Shown here one piece after another: positions 1 through 9,300 of a DNA stretch of 64,000 nucleotides. The stretch covers positions 3,842-67,841 of the forward strand of contig JBAZZE010000003.1 of assembly GCA_041658955.1 (NCBI GenBank). The letters run 5' to 3'. The position numbers and the translations under genes were made by a program. The notes beneath the pieces were generated by a model. The model saw only the letters and a list, made by a program, of their open reading frames with translations, had not been told where the DNA came from and did no database searches. Each line of letters begins with the position of its first letter. Positions within the stretch are counted from its first letter, which is position 1. The stretch comes from Candidatus Shapirobacteria bacterium. Lineage in GTDB: Bacteria; Patescibacteriota; Microgenomatia; UBA12405.

Positions 1-1863
1 AGCGATTGGACTGGGAGAATAGTTGTAGAGGTTTTTGACGTCGGTGGCGGATAGGCCACGGTTATAAACACGAACTTCATCCAAACTTCCGCCAAAATAG
101 TAACTTTGGCCAGGGTACATGGTACCTAAATTTAGTGAAGTCCCAGCACCGCCAGTGCGTTCGGTTCCGTAGCATTGACTCATCTCCTGACTTATTCCAT
201 TGATGTAGATTTTACTTTTACCAGTGTAGAGTCCGTTGTACATAACCAGAGTGACATGAACCCATTTGTTGGCTAATCCGGTGGGGTTAATACCGTAAGC
301 ATCGCTGGCACCGGTGTTGAAACCCATACAAGTAGAAATGGGAAACCAAAGTTCATAATAATTACTACTCCCACCGCGAAGGTTGACGGGAATCTTGCCC
401 ACAGTACCGTTCCAATACATCCAAAAACTAACGGTATTGTAACCACCGACGGTGGTGGTGATATTTGGTAAGGTGACACCGATGTAATCATTGGTGTTGT
501 CAAAGCTAGCTCCGATGCCAAACTTACCATTACTCCAAGTAGGAGAAGAGTCGCCGTTGCCTAAAGTAGCAGTACGGTTGTTACCAGAACTGTCGGCAAG
601 TGATGAACCAACTCCTTCGTCGAATTTGTAGTAGGCGATGAGTCCATCAGAAATTCCCTTAGTACTATTACTACCGAAATTTACACCAGAATCTGAAGAT
701 GATTGGCCGGAAATACCAGTGGTGTAATCTTGCTTAATTTGATTAGCAGTACGGGCATATGAGAACACTTTTGTCTCATCAATTTTGGCGTCAGTATTCC
801 AGCCATACATGGTTCCAAAAATTAAGGAACTGCTATTGTTGACACTCCCGGTCACAGAAGAGATGTCGTATTCATTACTTTGTTTGACACCGTTGACATA
901 AAATTTGACTCGATTGTTGGTTTTATCAAAAACCACAGATAACATAGCCCATTTGTTTTTTAGATCGGTGGGTTTGTAACCATTATCAAATGTTATTGAG
1001 GCATTGGTAACTAAATTAGTACCATCGCTATAACAAATGTTGATACCGTTGGCATTGTATCCATGACCAATATCCCATCCTGGGTGACCGGCTGAGTAAC
1101 AAGTGCCAGATTTGTAAGCCATGAACCAAGTCTTAGGATAAGTGAAGTCGCGATAGTTGCCCCACATCTGGACCGTAAAATTGCCGGTATCAAAGTCCAA
1201 TAGGCTATTATCATAGACTGTAACATTGGGGATAGAGGTACCTGGCATACTGACGCATTTTCCAGAGAGACAGTCACTATCTGAAGTCCAAGTGGTATTG
1301 GATGATAAGTAGCCGATTAAACTACGGTCACTACCGGAGTTGTTGATACTAGTACCGACACCTTCATCAAATTTGTACCAAAGAACAGGACCGCCACCAA
1401 TTTCCTCGGTGACGGGGGAACCAATCGAATAACTTGAGGCTACATTGCTAAAGTCGCTGTTACTAAATTCGTTGTCCGCTGAGGAGTTACCATAGTAAGC
1501 ATAGATGGTTTGGGCGCCAGCAGGGAAAGAATCAAAATTGATATGAAATGATACATTGGTTGTGCCTGTGCCTGAGACTATGTAGTAGTCGAGAAGTTGA
1601 CCGGACGCAGTGGTAAAACGAAAGTCGCCATTGTCCGGTTGAGATTTGGCGGTAGTGCCGATGTTGATGGAGGTGCTAATGTAGACGTTGGTCTCATCAA
1701 CTGAGTGGGTGGAGATATTTATCTGTTGACGATACATCCAGGCGTCATTGAACCACTCTGCAAGAATGGTAGTTGGTTTTTGTTGAATTCGAAGGAGAGC
1801 GACAATGCCGATGAGAAGAATAACGACGATAGTAAAGAGTGTTTTGTAAGAGAGGCGGGTCAC
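1..1863 (-). CDS. Giant surface protein, DUF2341-like N-terminus plus LamG/ConA-like lectin domains (runs off left edge; missing from the ORF track)
   Basis: Open frame read by hand from GTG at 1863 (MTRLSYKTLFTIVVILLIGIVALLRIQQKPT...WFNDAWMYRQQINI...DFRFTT) to position 1; LamG signatures PVLWYKFDEG, LIAYYKFDEG, LDEVRVYNRGLS; paralog of 1883-6370. Confidence 0.9.
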   Translation of the reverse strand, partial: MTRLSYKTLFTIVVILLIGIVALLRIQQKPTTILAEWFNDAWMYRQQINISTHSVDETNVYISTSINIGTTAKSQPDNGDFRFTTASGQLLDYYIVSGTGTTNVSFHINFDSFPAGAQTIYAYYGNSSADNEFSNSDFSNVASSYSIGSPVTEEIGGGPVLWYKFDEGVGTSINNSGSDRSLIGYLSSNTTWTSDSDCLSGKCVSMPGTSIPNVTVYDNSLLDFDTGNFTVQMWGNYRDFTYPKTWFMAYKSGTCYSAGHPGWDIGHGYNANGINICYSDGTNLVTNASITFDNGYKPTDLKNKWAMLSVVFDKTNNRVKFYVNGVKQSNEYDISSVTGSVNNSSSLIFGTMYGWNTDAKIDETKVFSYARTANQIKQDYTTGISGQSSSDSGVNFGSNSTKGISDGLIAYYKFDEGVGSSLADSSGNNRTATLGNGDSSPTWSNGKFGIGASFDNTNDYIGVTLPNITTTVGGYNTVSFWMYWNGTVGKIPVNLRGGSSNYYELWFPISTCMGFNTGASDAYGINPTGLANKWVHVTLVMYNGLYTGKSKIYINGISQEMSQCYGTERTGGAGTSLNLGTMYPGQSYYFGGSLDEVRVYNRGLSATDVKNLYNYSPSPIA

Positions 1864-1882
1864 TAGGATAATCTTACCAATT

Positions 1883-4800
1883 TTACCTAAAATTTACTCC
1901 ACTACCGTTGTAGACAGATTTTATTTGAGTTTCAGTTAGAGCGTAGTTGTAGACGCGAACATCATCGACTTGACCGTCAAGATAGCGGGGTGAGGCATTG
2001 TCTACCCGACCAATATAGAAATTGGCGTTATCAGTGTCGACTACTGAAACGATAGAAGAGGTTTGTTCGGTATTGAGTACTCCATTTTTGTAAAGTCGAA
2101 TATAGCTACCACCTTTGAAGACACCGCAGTAATGATCCCATTGGCCAGTAGTTACTAGACCAGTACTCCCTTCAACACGACCACTAGCGTCTGCTCCGGG
2201 GTCGACTGCGAAACTAACAGTATCACTACGCCCACTAAGGGCGGCACTATCATCGACCCAAAGAAGCCAACCGCCAAGGCTACCAAGATAGCGAGAGACG
2301 ATAGCACCATCGGTAGTAACTGAGGATGGGCGATATTTTAACCAGCTACAGACAGAGGCTTCAGTGGCTCCTTCGATGGTGGGAACTGTCATGCCAATGT
2401 TTATAGAGTCATCGGAGCCATCCAGACTGATAGAGGAATTCATCTTACCACTGGCACCATTGGTCCACGCCGCTGAAGTGCCAACAGAACAAGTGCCAGG
2501 AGTGGTTTGAGATCCTGAAGCACCAACGGTAAGAGTACCGTGATTGGCCAGACCACTCCAGTCAGCGATCTGGGTGCCCTGACATTCGTCCATTTTCCAC
2601 CAACCAGTTGGACCACCATGGTTGTAGTCGTAAGCTATTTGGGCTGGGGTACGGGCATAGTCATAGATTCGAACTTCATCAATAGCACCATTAAAATCAT
2701 CAACTAAGTAGCTGTTTCTGGCATTACCAATAGAGATGTCGTCGTTGTTGGCTATTGAACCAGTGGTTATATCATTACCGGTATTAACTAAAACTCCATC
2801 GACATAGAGATAAGCCTTGTCAGCAGAAAAATCTCTAACCCCGACGAGGTGATGCCACTGACCATTGTTTAATGGGGTTGGTCCGGTAACGTCAAAACCG
2901 GTAACACCATCTCTTAAAGTTATACCAGGTGTCCGTGTAGTCGCAGATAGGTAAAGTCTAAAAGGTGATGCACCACTATTTGTTCCATGTTTGGCCAACA
3001 AACTGTCAGTACTAGCACTAGTATCAGTAGTCTTGAACCAAGTTTCGACTGTATATGAGTTATTATTTCCAATGTCGGTAGTAGTTGTAGTTTCAGCAAA
3101 TCTGATGACACCGTCATTATTGTTAAAGTTAATACCAGAACCAAATTTTCCGAGAATCCAGGTATTAGTTCCTGTCCAGGTTGTACTATCGTTGTTATTG
3201 CCACTAGTATCTTTAGCGCTGGTACCAGCCTTTTCATCCAATTTCCAATTGGCTACTGGTGGACTACAGGGTGATGTGTCACCGGGGACACAGTAATCTA
3301 GACTAGTAGTGGTGGCACCGATAGTTTGATTTGATGAGCCAAAGGTGAAAGAGGAGTTTTGATTGAGGTCTGTTTTGATCTCGTCTTGACTTAGTTGATA
3401 GTTAAATAATTTGAAATCGTCAATCACACCTGAAAAATAGTTGGTGCTATTTTTACCAATGTTGATGGCACTACCAGTCACAGTGGTGCCGATACTGACA
3501 ACTACATGCTGCCAGGTATTATCGGTTAAAGTGCTGGTACTAATACCGTTTATGCTAATAGTGGGCGAGGTAAAACCAGAAGCAAAAAGAGTGTTCCCAG
3601 TGGCGCCAATAGCTACAGTCGGACTAAGGGAAAAGAAGTGGTTGTTGGTTATTCCACTGGGTTTTATCCAAAAGGATACGGACTGAATATTATTTACGGT
3701 GGTACCAACACTAAGATAATCGTTGGCAGAAAAACTGAGTCCTTTATTGTTTTTTCCATCGACCCACGAAGGGGATGAATTACCAGTGGCCAAAGTCCCG
3801 TTTACAGTGCCACCTATACCCCAATTACTGGTGGTTGAGCCGTTACTTTCATCAAACTTGTAATAGATAGCCGGTTTACCGTTGCGTGGTGAGGTATTGG
3901 AATCACCCTGCATGTCTTGAAGAACTTGTTCTTGGGTGCGGGCGTAATTGTAAAGTTTGACATCGTCGATTTTGCCGTCAAAGTCAAAGGAGGCACTGTT
4001 GTTGACGGTGCCAATATAAGTACTGTCAGGTGATGAGATACCAACGGAATAATATGCCGAAATATCTTGTGACTCAATTAGCTTTCCGTCCTGATAAATT
4101 TTGGCTGTACCATTTCGCGAAGCGATAGAACAAATGTAATACCAGTTACCAACTGTTAGGGGGTTGCTTTGAATTTTAACTGTGGTTGCTCCAAGATCCA
4201 ACATAAATTCCATCTGACTCAAGGCATCCCATCGGAGTTCGTAGCCTAAATTTGGAGAGGTATTGTCACGGTGTTCAAAAGCACCGGCAAACTCTGGACC
4301 GGTGGTTTCTGGGTTTAGCCATAGACAGACGGAAAAATCGTTTTTAACCATATCGTGCTCATCACTATCAGGAATGTTGACCCATTGATTACTGCTACTT
4401 TCAAAATCGAGGGCAGATCCAACCTTGCCAGTTATCCAAGTTGGTGAACCGTTAAAAGAAGAGCTGTTGTGACTTTTACCACTACTATCATAGGCGGTGG
4501 TTCCACTTTTTTCATCAAACTTCCAATAGCCAACTGGACCTGGAGCGTAGTTATAGAGATTTTTGACATCAGTAGAGGAAAGCGCGCGGTTATAGAGTTT
4601 GACCTCATCAATAGTTCCTTTGAAGTAATGTCCGGGGTCGGTGGCGTGATGGGTACCAATTCCCCAAGTGCTTGCCTCAGCAGTCCAGTTGCCAGTAGTA
4701 ACATTGCAAGTATTACTTAAAACACCATTAATATAGACTTTTTGAGTTTTGCCATCGGTTGTTCCAATGAGGTGATACCAGGTGTTGGCGGCAAGAGAAG

Positions 4801-6370
4801 TGCTGTAGGAGGTACTACAAACACTGCCTCCGGCAGACCTGAAAAAAGCGACAACTGTACCAGCATCGTTTTGGATATCGAATCCTTCTTCTTGATAATT
4901 TCTCATTATAATCGAGTACCACTCAGTACTTACTGCAGGAATCGAGGACATATTTATCCAAGCAGATATTGTTCCCTTATCTGCTCCTAGTGGAATTACT
5001 TGACCAGTAATGTAGTCGTTTCCACCGAAACTAGTTCCTATACCGAATTTTCCGCCTATCCAAGATGGGGCGGAGGTTCCACTACCAAAGGTTAGTGTCC
5101 GTGAATTCCCAGAACTATCTGCACTTGTTGAACCGACACCTTCTTCAAACTTCCAATAGCCAACTAGTCCATCAGATAAGCCTTTGGCACTATTACCACC
5201 AATATTGACTGAAGAGTTTGCTGAGGATTGGCCGGTATTAGAAGAGGTGAAGTCTTGTCTTATTTGAGTAACTGATCTGGCGTAGGAATATAGCTTTATT
5301 TCATCAATAATAGCGACAATGAAATCTTGGCTATCGGATTCAGAGCCAACCCTAAGACTTTGAGTGTTGACACCAATATCGTTGATATTTCCTAACGTCC
5401 CAGTTTGGGAAGCATTTGATTTGGCACCGTTAATATAAATATCAGTGTTGGAAGTGGAGTTATTGTCAAAAATAATTACGAAGTGTGTCCAAGTATTTGC
5501 GGTGATGGCTGATGTTTTTGTAAGTTGAAATTGATCGGTACCATCAGAAAAATAAACATCCAGTGTTCCGGTGGATGCTAGTCTAATATCGTAACCACTA
5601 GTGCCGGCAGTGGTGGAAGTTTTTTTGGCTAGAATAGTACCGGTGCTTGTCAGGGGACTCCTAATCCAGAGAGAAATAGTGAAGTTGGTGCCATCGGAAA
5701 ATTCTTGAATAGAGTTGTCGCCTAAATTTATATTGTCGTTACCATCAAAAGATAAACAATTACCAGAAATACATTGATCAGAAGTTAGCCAACTGGGTGA
5801 GGAGTTGCCTGTATTTAAGGATCCATTATTGTTTCCAGTTGAAGAATCAAAGGCAGTAGTGCCAGTACCCTCATCAAACTTATACCAAGCCACCGGACCA
5901 CCACCAATTTCTTCAGTAACAGGGGAGCCAATAGAATAACTTGAAGCAACTGTAGAAAAGTCACTATTACTAAATCCGTTGTCGGCAGAGGGGTTACCAT
6001 AGTAAGCATAGACAGTCTGGGCACCAGCGGGGAAACTATCAAAATTGATATGGAATGATATATTGGTTGTGCCTGCACCGGAGACTATGTAGTAGTCGAG
6101 CAGTTGGCCAGAGGAGGTAGTAAAACGAAAGTCGCCGTTGTCAGACTGAGACTTAGCTGTGGTACCGATATTGACTGAAGTACTAATGTAAACATTGGTC
6201 TCACCAACAGAATGTGTAGAAATATTTATAGCTTGACGATACATCCAGGCGTCATTGAACCATTCAGCTAAAACAGAGGTTGGTTTTTGTTGAATTCTTA
6301 TCAGGGCGACAATGCCAATCAGAAGAATAACAACAATAGTGATTAAAGTTTTGTAAGAAAATTTTTCCAC
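1883..6370 (-). CDS. Giant surface protein, DUF2341-like domain plus six LamG/ConA-like domains
   Basis: N-terminal hydrophobic anchor; six W/YKFDE...IDEVxxYNYA repeats. Start moved from 6394 to GTG 6370 because it gives MEKFSYKTL, matching the paralog at 11627, one base after the upstream stop. Confidence 0.9.
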   Translation of the reverse strand: MEKFSYKTLITIVVILLIGIVALIRIQQKPTSVLAEWFNDAWMYRQAINISTHSVGETNVYISTSVNIGTTAKSQSDNGDFRFTTSSGQLLDYYIVSGAGTTNISFHINFDSFPAGAQTVYAYYGNPSADNGFSNSDFSTVASSYSIGSPVTEEIGGGPVAWYKFDEGTGTTAFDSSTGNNNGSLNTGNSSPSWLTSDQCISGNCLSFDGNDNINLGDNSIQEFSDGTNFTISLWIRSPLTSTGTILAKKTSTTAGTSGYDIRLASTGTLDVYFSDGTDQFQLTKTSAITANTWTHFVIIFDNNSTSNTDIYINGAKSNASQTGTLGNINDIGVNTQSLRVGSESDSQDFIVAIIDEIKLYSYARSVTQIRQDFTSSNTGQSSANSSVNIGGNSAKGLSDGLVGYWKFEEGVGSTSADSSGNSRTLTFGSGTSAPSWIGGKFGIGTSFGGNDYITGQVIPLGADKGTISAWINMSSIPAVSTEWYSIIMRNYQEEGFDIQNDAGTVVAFFRSAGGSVCSTSYSTSLAANTWYHLIGTTDGKTQKVYINGVLSNTCNVTTGNWTAEASTWGIGTHHATDPGHYFKGTIDEVKLYNRALSSTDVKNLYNYAPGPVGYWKFDEKSGTTAYDSSGKSHNSSSFNGSPTWITGKVGSALDFESSSNQWVNIPDSDEHDMVKNDFSVCLWLNPETTGPEFAGAFEHRDNTSPNLGYELRWDALSQMEFMLDLGATTVKIQSNPLTVGNWYYICSIASRNGTAKIYQDGKLIESQDISAYYSVGISSPDSTYIGTVNNSASFDFDGKIDDVKLYNYARTQEQVLQDMQGDSNTSPRNGKPAIYYKFDESNGSTTSNWGIGGTVNGTLATGNSSPSWVDGKNNKGLSFSANDYLSVGTTVNNIQSVSFWIKPSGITNNHFFSLSPTVAIGATGNTLFASGFTSPTISINGISTSTLTDNTWQHVVVSIGTTVTGSAINIGKNSTNYFSGVIDDFKLFNYQLSQDEIKTDLNQNSSFTFGSSNQTIGATTTSLDYCVPGDTSPCSPPVANWKLDEKAGTSAKDTSGNNNDSTTWTGTNTWILGKFGSGINFNNNDGVIRFAETTTTTDIGNNNSYTVETWFKTTDTSASTDSLLAKHGTNSGASPFRLYLSATTRTPGITLRDGVTGFDVTGPTPLNNGQWHHLVGVRDFSADKAYLYVDGVLVNTGNDITTGSIANNDDISIGNARNSYLVDDFNGAIDEVRIYDYARTPAQIAYDYNHGGPTGWWKMDECQGTQIADWSGLANHGTLTVGASGSQTTPGTCSVGTSAAWTNGASGKMNSSISLDGSDDSINIGMTVPTIEGATEASVCSWLKYRPSSVTTDGAIVSRYLGSLGGWLLWVDDSAALSGRSDTVSFAVDPGADASGRVEGSTGLVTTGQWDHYCGVFKGGSYIRLYKNGVLNTEQTSSIVSVVDTDNANFYIGRVDNASPRYLDGQVDDVRVYNYALTETQIKSVYNGSGVNFR

Positions 6371-6371
6371 T

Positions 6372-9300
6372 TTATCTAAAGGTTGCTGAACCATTATTTA
6401 TGATGCTTTTAATTTGGGTTTCGGTAAGGAGGTAGCCGTAATAGCGGAAGTCATCAATCTTCCCAGTGGCTTCTTCTGTACCATCACCATTGGAACCAAA
6501 GGCAAGATTATTATTAGTATTGGGAACTGTAAGGTTAGCAGTGCCACCCCAGGAACCAGTTAATAACTTACCATTGTGATAGAGGCGAATGGAGGAGTCG
6601 TCGCCACTAGTGTAAGCCACTGCGTAGTGGTTCCAGGTGCCAACATTGACGACATTTTGATTACCACTATAGCAGTGGACACTGGTATTGACTACACAAA
6701 ATTCTAAGGAACCATCGGAATAAATTTGAGTATACCAACCGTTACCACCGATATTTTTACCAGCATAAGTGTCGTAGGTGCCGGCACCGGGAAGACTGGT
6801 TGGATTAAACCAGTAAGCAATAGAAAAACTGTCGCTTGAACCGATATCGAGTGAGCCTTTGGATTCAGATTCGGTTACGGCAGCTAGGTCATCGTTGCCG
6901 TCAAAATTAAGAGAACCATTGATTTTGCCACTAGCACCGTTGGTCCAAGCAGCTGCAGTTCCACTGTTACAAGTACCAAGAGAAGTTTGAGTACCGGCAG
7001 CACCGATGGAAATGACTCCGGTATAACCTGTGCCCATAGAGTTGTGAATTATGGATCCTTGGCATTCGTCAAACTTGTACCAGACTAGTGGACCGCCTTG
7101 ATTGTAGTCAAGGCCAACTTGGGCAGGAGTACGGACATAATTGTAAATCCGGAGATCGTCAATATCGCCTTTCCAAGGATAGGTGACTCCGGTAGTATGA
7201 GCACCAATAGTGGCTCGAGTCGAGCTGAGGGCACCGGTATAGGCACCGAGGGCGGTATCAGTATCGGTGAGGAGGCCGTTACAATAATGAACCACCTTGC
7301 CGGCGGTTTGATCCCAAGACATAGCTATAAAAATATAACCAGTATCAGTCAGAGCGCAATCAAGACTGGTTTCGTTAGTGGCAGCGGCAGTATAGAGAGT
7401 ATTTAAACTTCCGTCAGAGGCTTTACGAATGGTGATCATATTATTTACATCGGCCCCGATGGTAAGAACTTGATGTTGAACTCCATCTCCCCAGACACCG
7501 TCGCCAACCCTAAACCAGGCAGTGACAGTACCTTGGTTGCCACTAAAAAGGCTAGCAAGATTGGCTGAATAGATATTTATATAATCGTTTGAGCCATCAA
7601 AATTTAGGGCCGAACCGTTTTTACCGGGAACCCAATCGTCACTGGTCATGCTTCCATTGGCAACACCGTTATTACCATTTCCAGAAGTGTCGGGGAGAGT
7701 AGAGGGAGTCCCAACATTGGTATCAAAATTCCATTCACCGATGGGAGCATTACAAAGAGCAGTATCGCCGGGAATACAGTATTTTAGACTGGTGGTAGTA
7801 GCACCAATGGTTTGAACAGTTTGGCCTGATTGAATGACTGAATTGCGATTATAGAGTTGTTTGATTTCATCAGAATTTAGGGCGTAATTGTAGACATTAA
7901 CTTCATCAATTTTTCCGATTGTATAGTTGCCACCAGCGGGCTGAGTACCAATACGAAGATTTTTGGCGTTAGCAGTCATCGTGGTATGGGTGGCTATTGT
8001 ATTAGTACGGTCAACGCCATCAACATAGACTCGGCAGGATGTTCCGGTTTTGGCGGCTACGAGGTGATGCCAAGTACTATCGGCAAGTACATATCCAGTG
8101 GCTGTATAGGTGTCATTAAAACCAGTAGTATTTGCAGTACGACAATAAACTTCGCCAGCATTTCCAATTAGAAGGGCATAACCACCATCACTACTAGCGT
8201 CAGTTTTGGAAATAATATATTCATTGGTACCGCCACTACGAGAGACCCAAGCACTTAGGGTAAAGTCATCGGTAAAATCGAGATAATTATTGTCCGATAT
8301 TTGGACATAATCACCACCATCAAAAGAGAGAGCTTGGTCGGAGCGACCGACAGTCCAGGCTGGGGAGGCGGTGCCAGCGCCGAAAGTACCAGTAAAATTA
8401 TTTCCAGATGAATCGTTGGCTAGAGTGCCGGAATTTTCTTCAAACTTGAGATTGATTATGGGGGTTAATGGTTTGCCATTACCCATGTCTTCCCTGATTT
8501 GGGATTTAGTACGGACATAATTATAAATTTTGACATCATCTAACTGAGCATTGACTGTATTTACAGCAGCTCGTGATCCGATACGTAAGTTTTGACCACT
8601 GCTGGTGATAATAACCATACCAGTAGCACCAGTATCAAGGTGACCGTTGACATACAGACTGGCAGCTCCATCACTGGTAATAGTGGCGCTAAGAAAAGAC
8701 CAAGTGTCGAGGCTAAGAGTATTGGGTGAAGTAAGCTGAAGATAGGTTGAGCCATTGCCGATGCGAAGGCGAGGCGTGCGACTGCTTTGCCAACCTAGTG
8801 AATAACCAGCGTTGTTGTTAGTCCGGTCAATGACATAGACATCTCCTGGTGGGGTATCAAGAGGTCTAACCCAAGCAGAAAGGGTTACATTGCCGGTTAA
8901 GTTGAAATCAGTACTAGTCGACTCCAAATAATCATTGGAGCCATCGAAAGTTCCACCTTTACCGATTTTTCCAACTGAGCCGCCAGTGGGACCGGTACTG
9001 GCAGGACAGGAGCGGAGGTGGTGATCATATCCAGAACTGTCCATCGCGGTATTGGTGGAACAATTATTATTCCAGGAAGCTTCTTCCATTTTCCAATGAC
9101 CGATAGGGCCAGGGGCATAGTTATAAAGAATTTGCATTTCTGAGGGTGATAGGGATCGATTATATAACCTAATATCATCGAGTAATCCCGAGAATTCACT
9201 ACCACTATTACCTCGTCTGCCGATTAGTAGAGAGGTTGTAAGAGCCGTGGGGGCTTGAGTAACATTTGAGTTAAAGTAGCCAGTTTTTACTCCATTAACA

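Noticed and set aside
1370-6362. Diversity-generating retroelement template/variable repeat in the duplicated LamG gene starts
   Set aside because: Both copies are coding N-termini, differences are not adenine-specific by eye, and no reverse transcriptase is in the window
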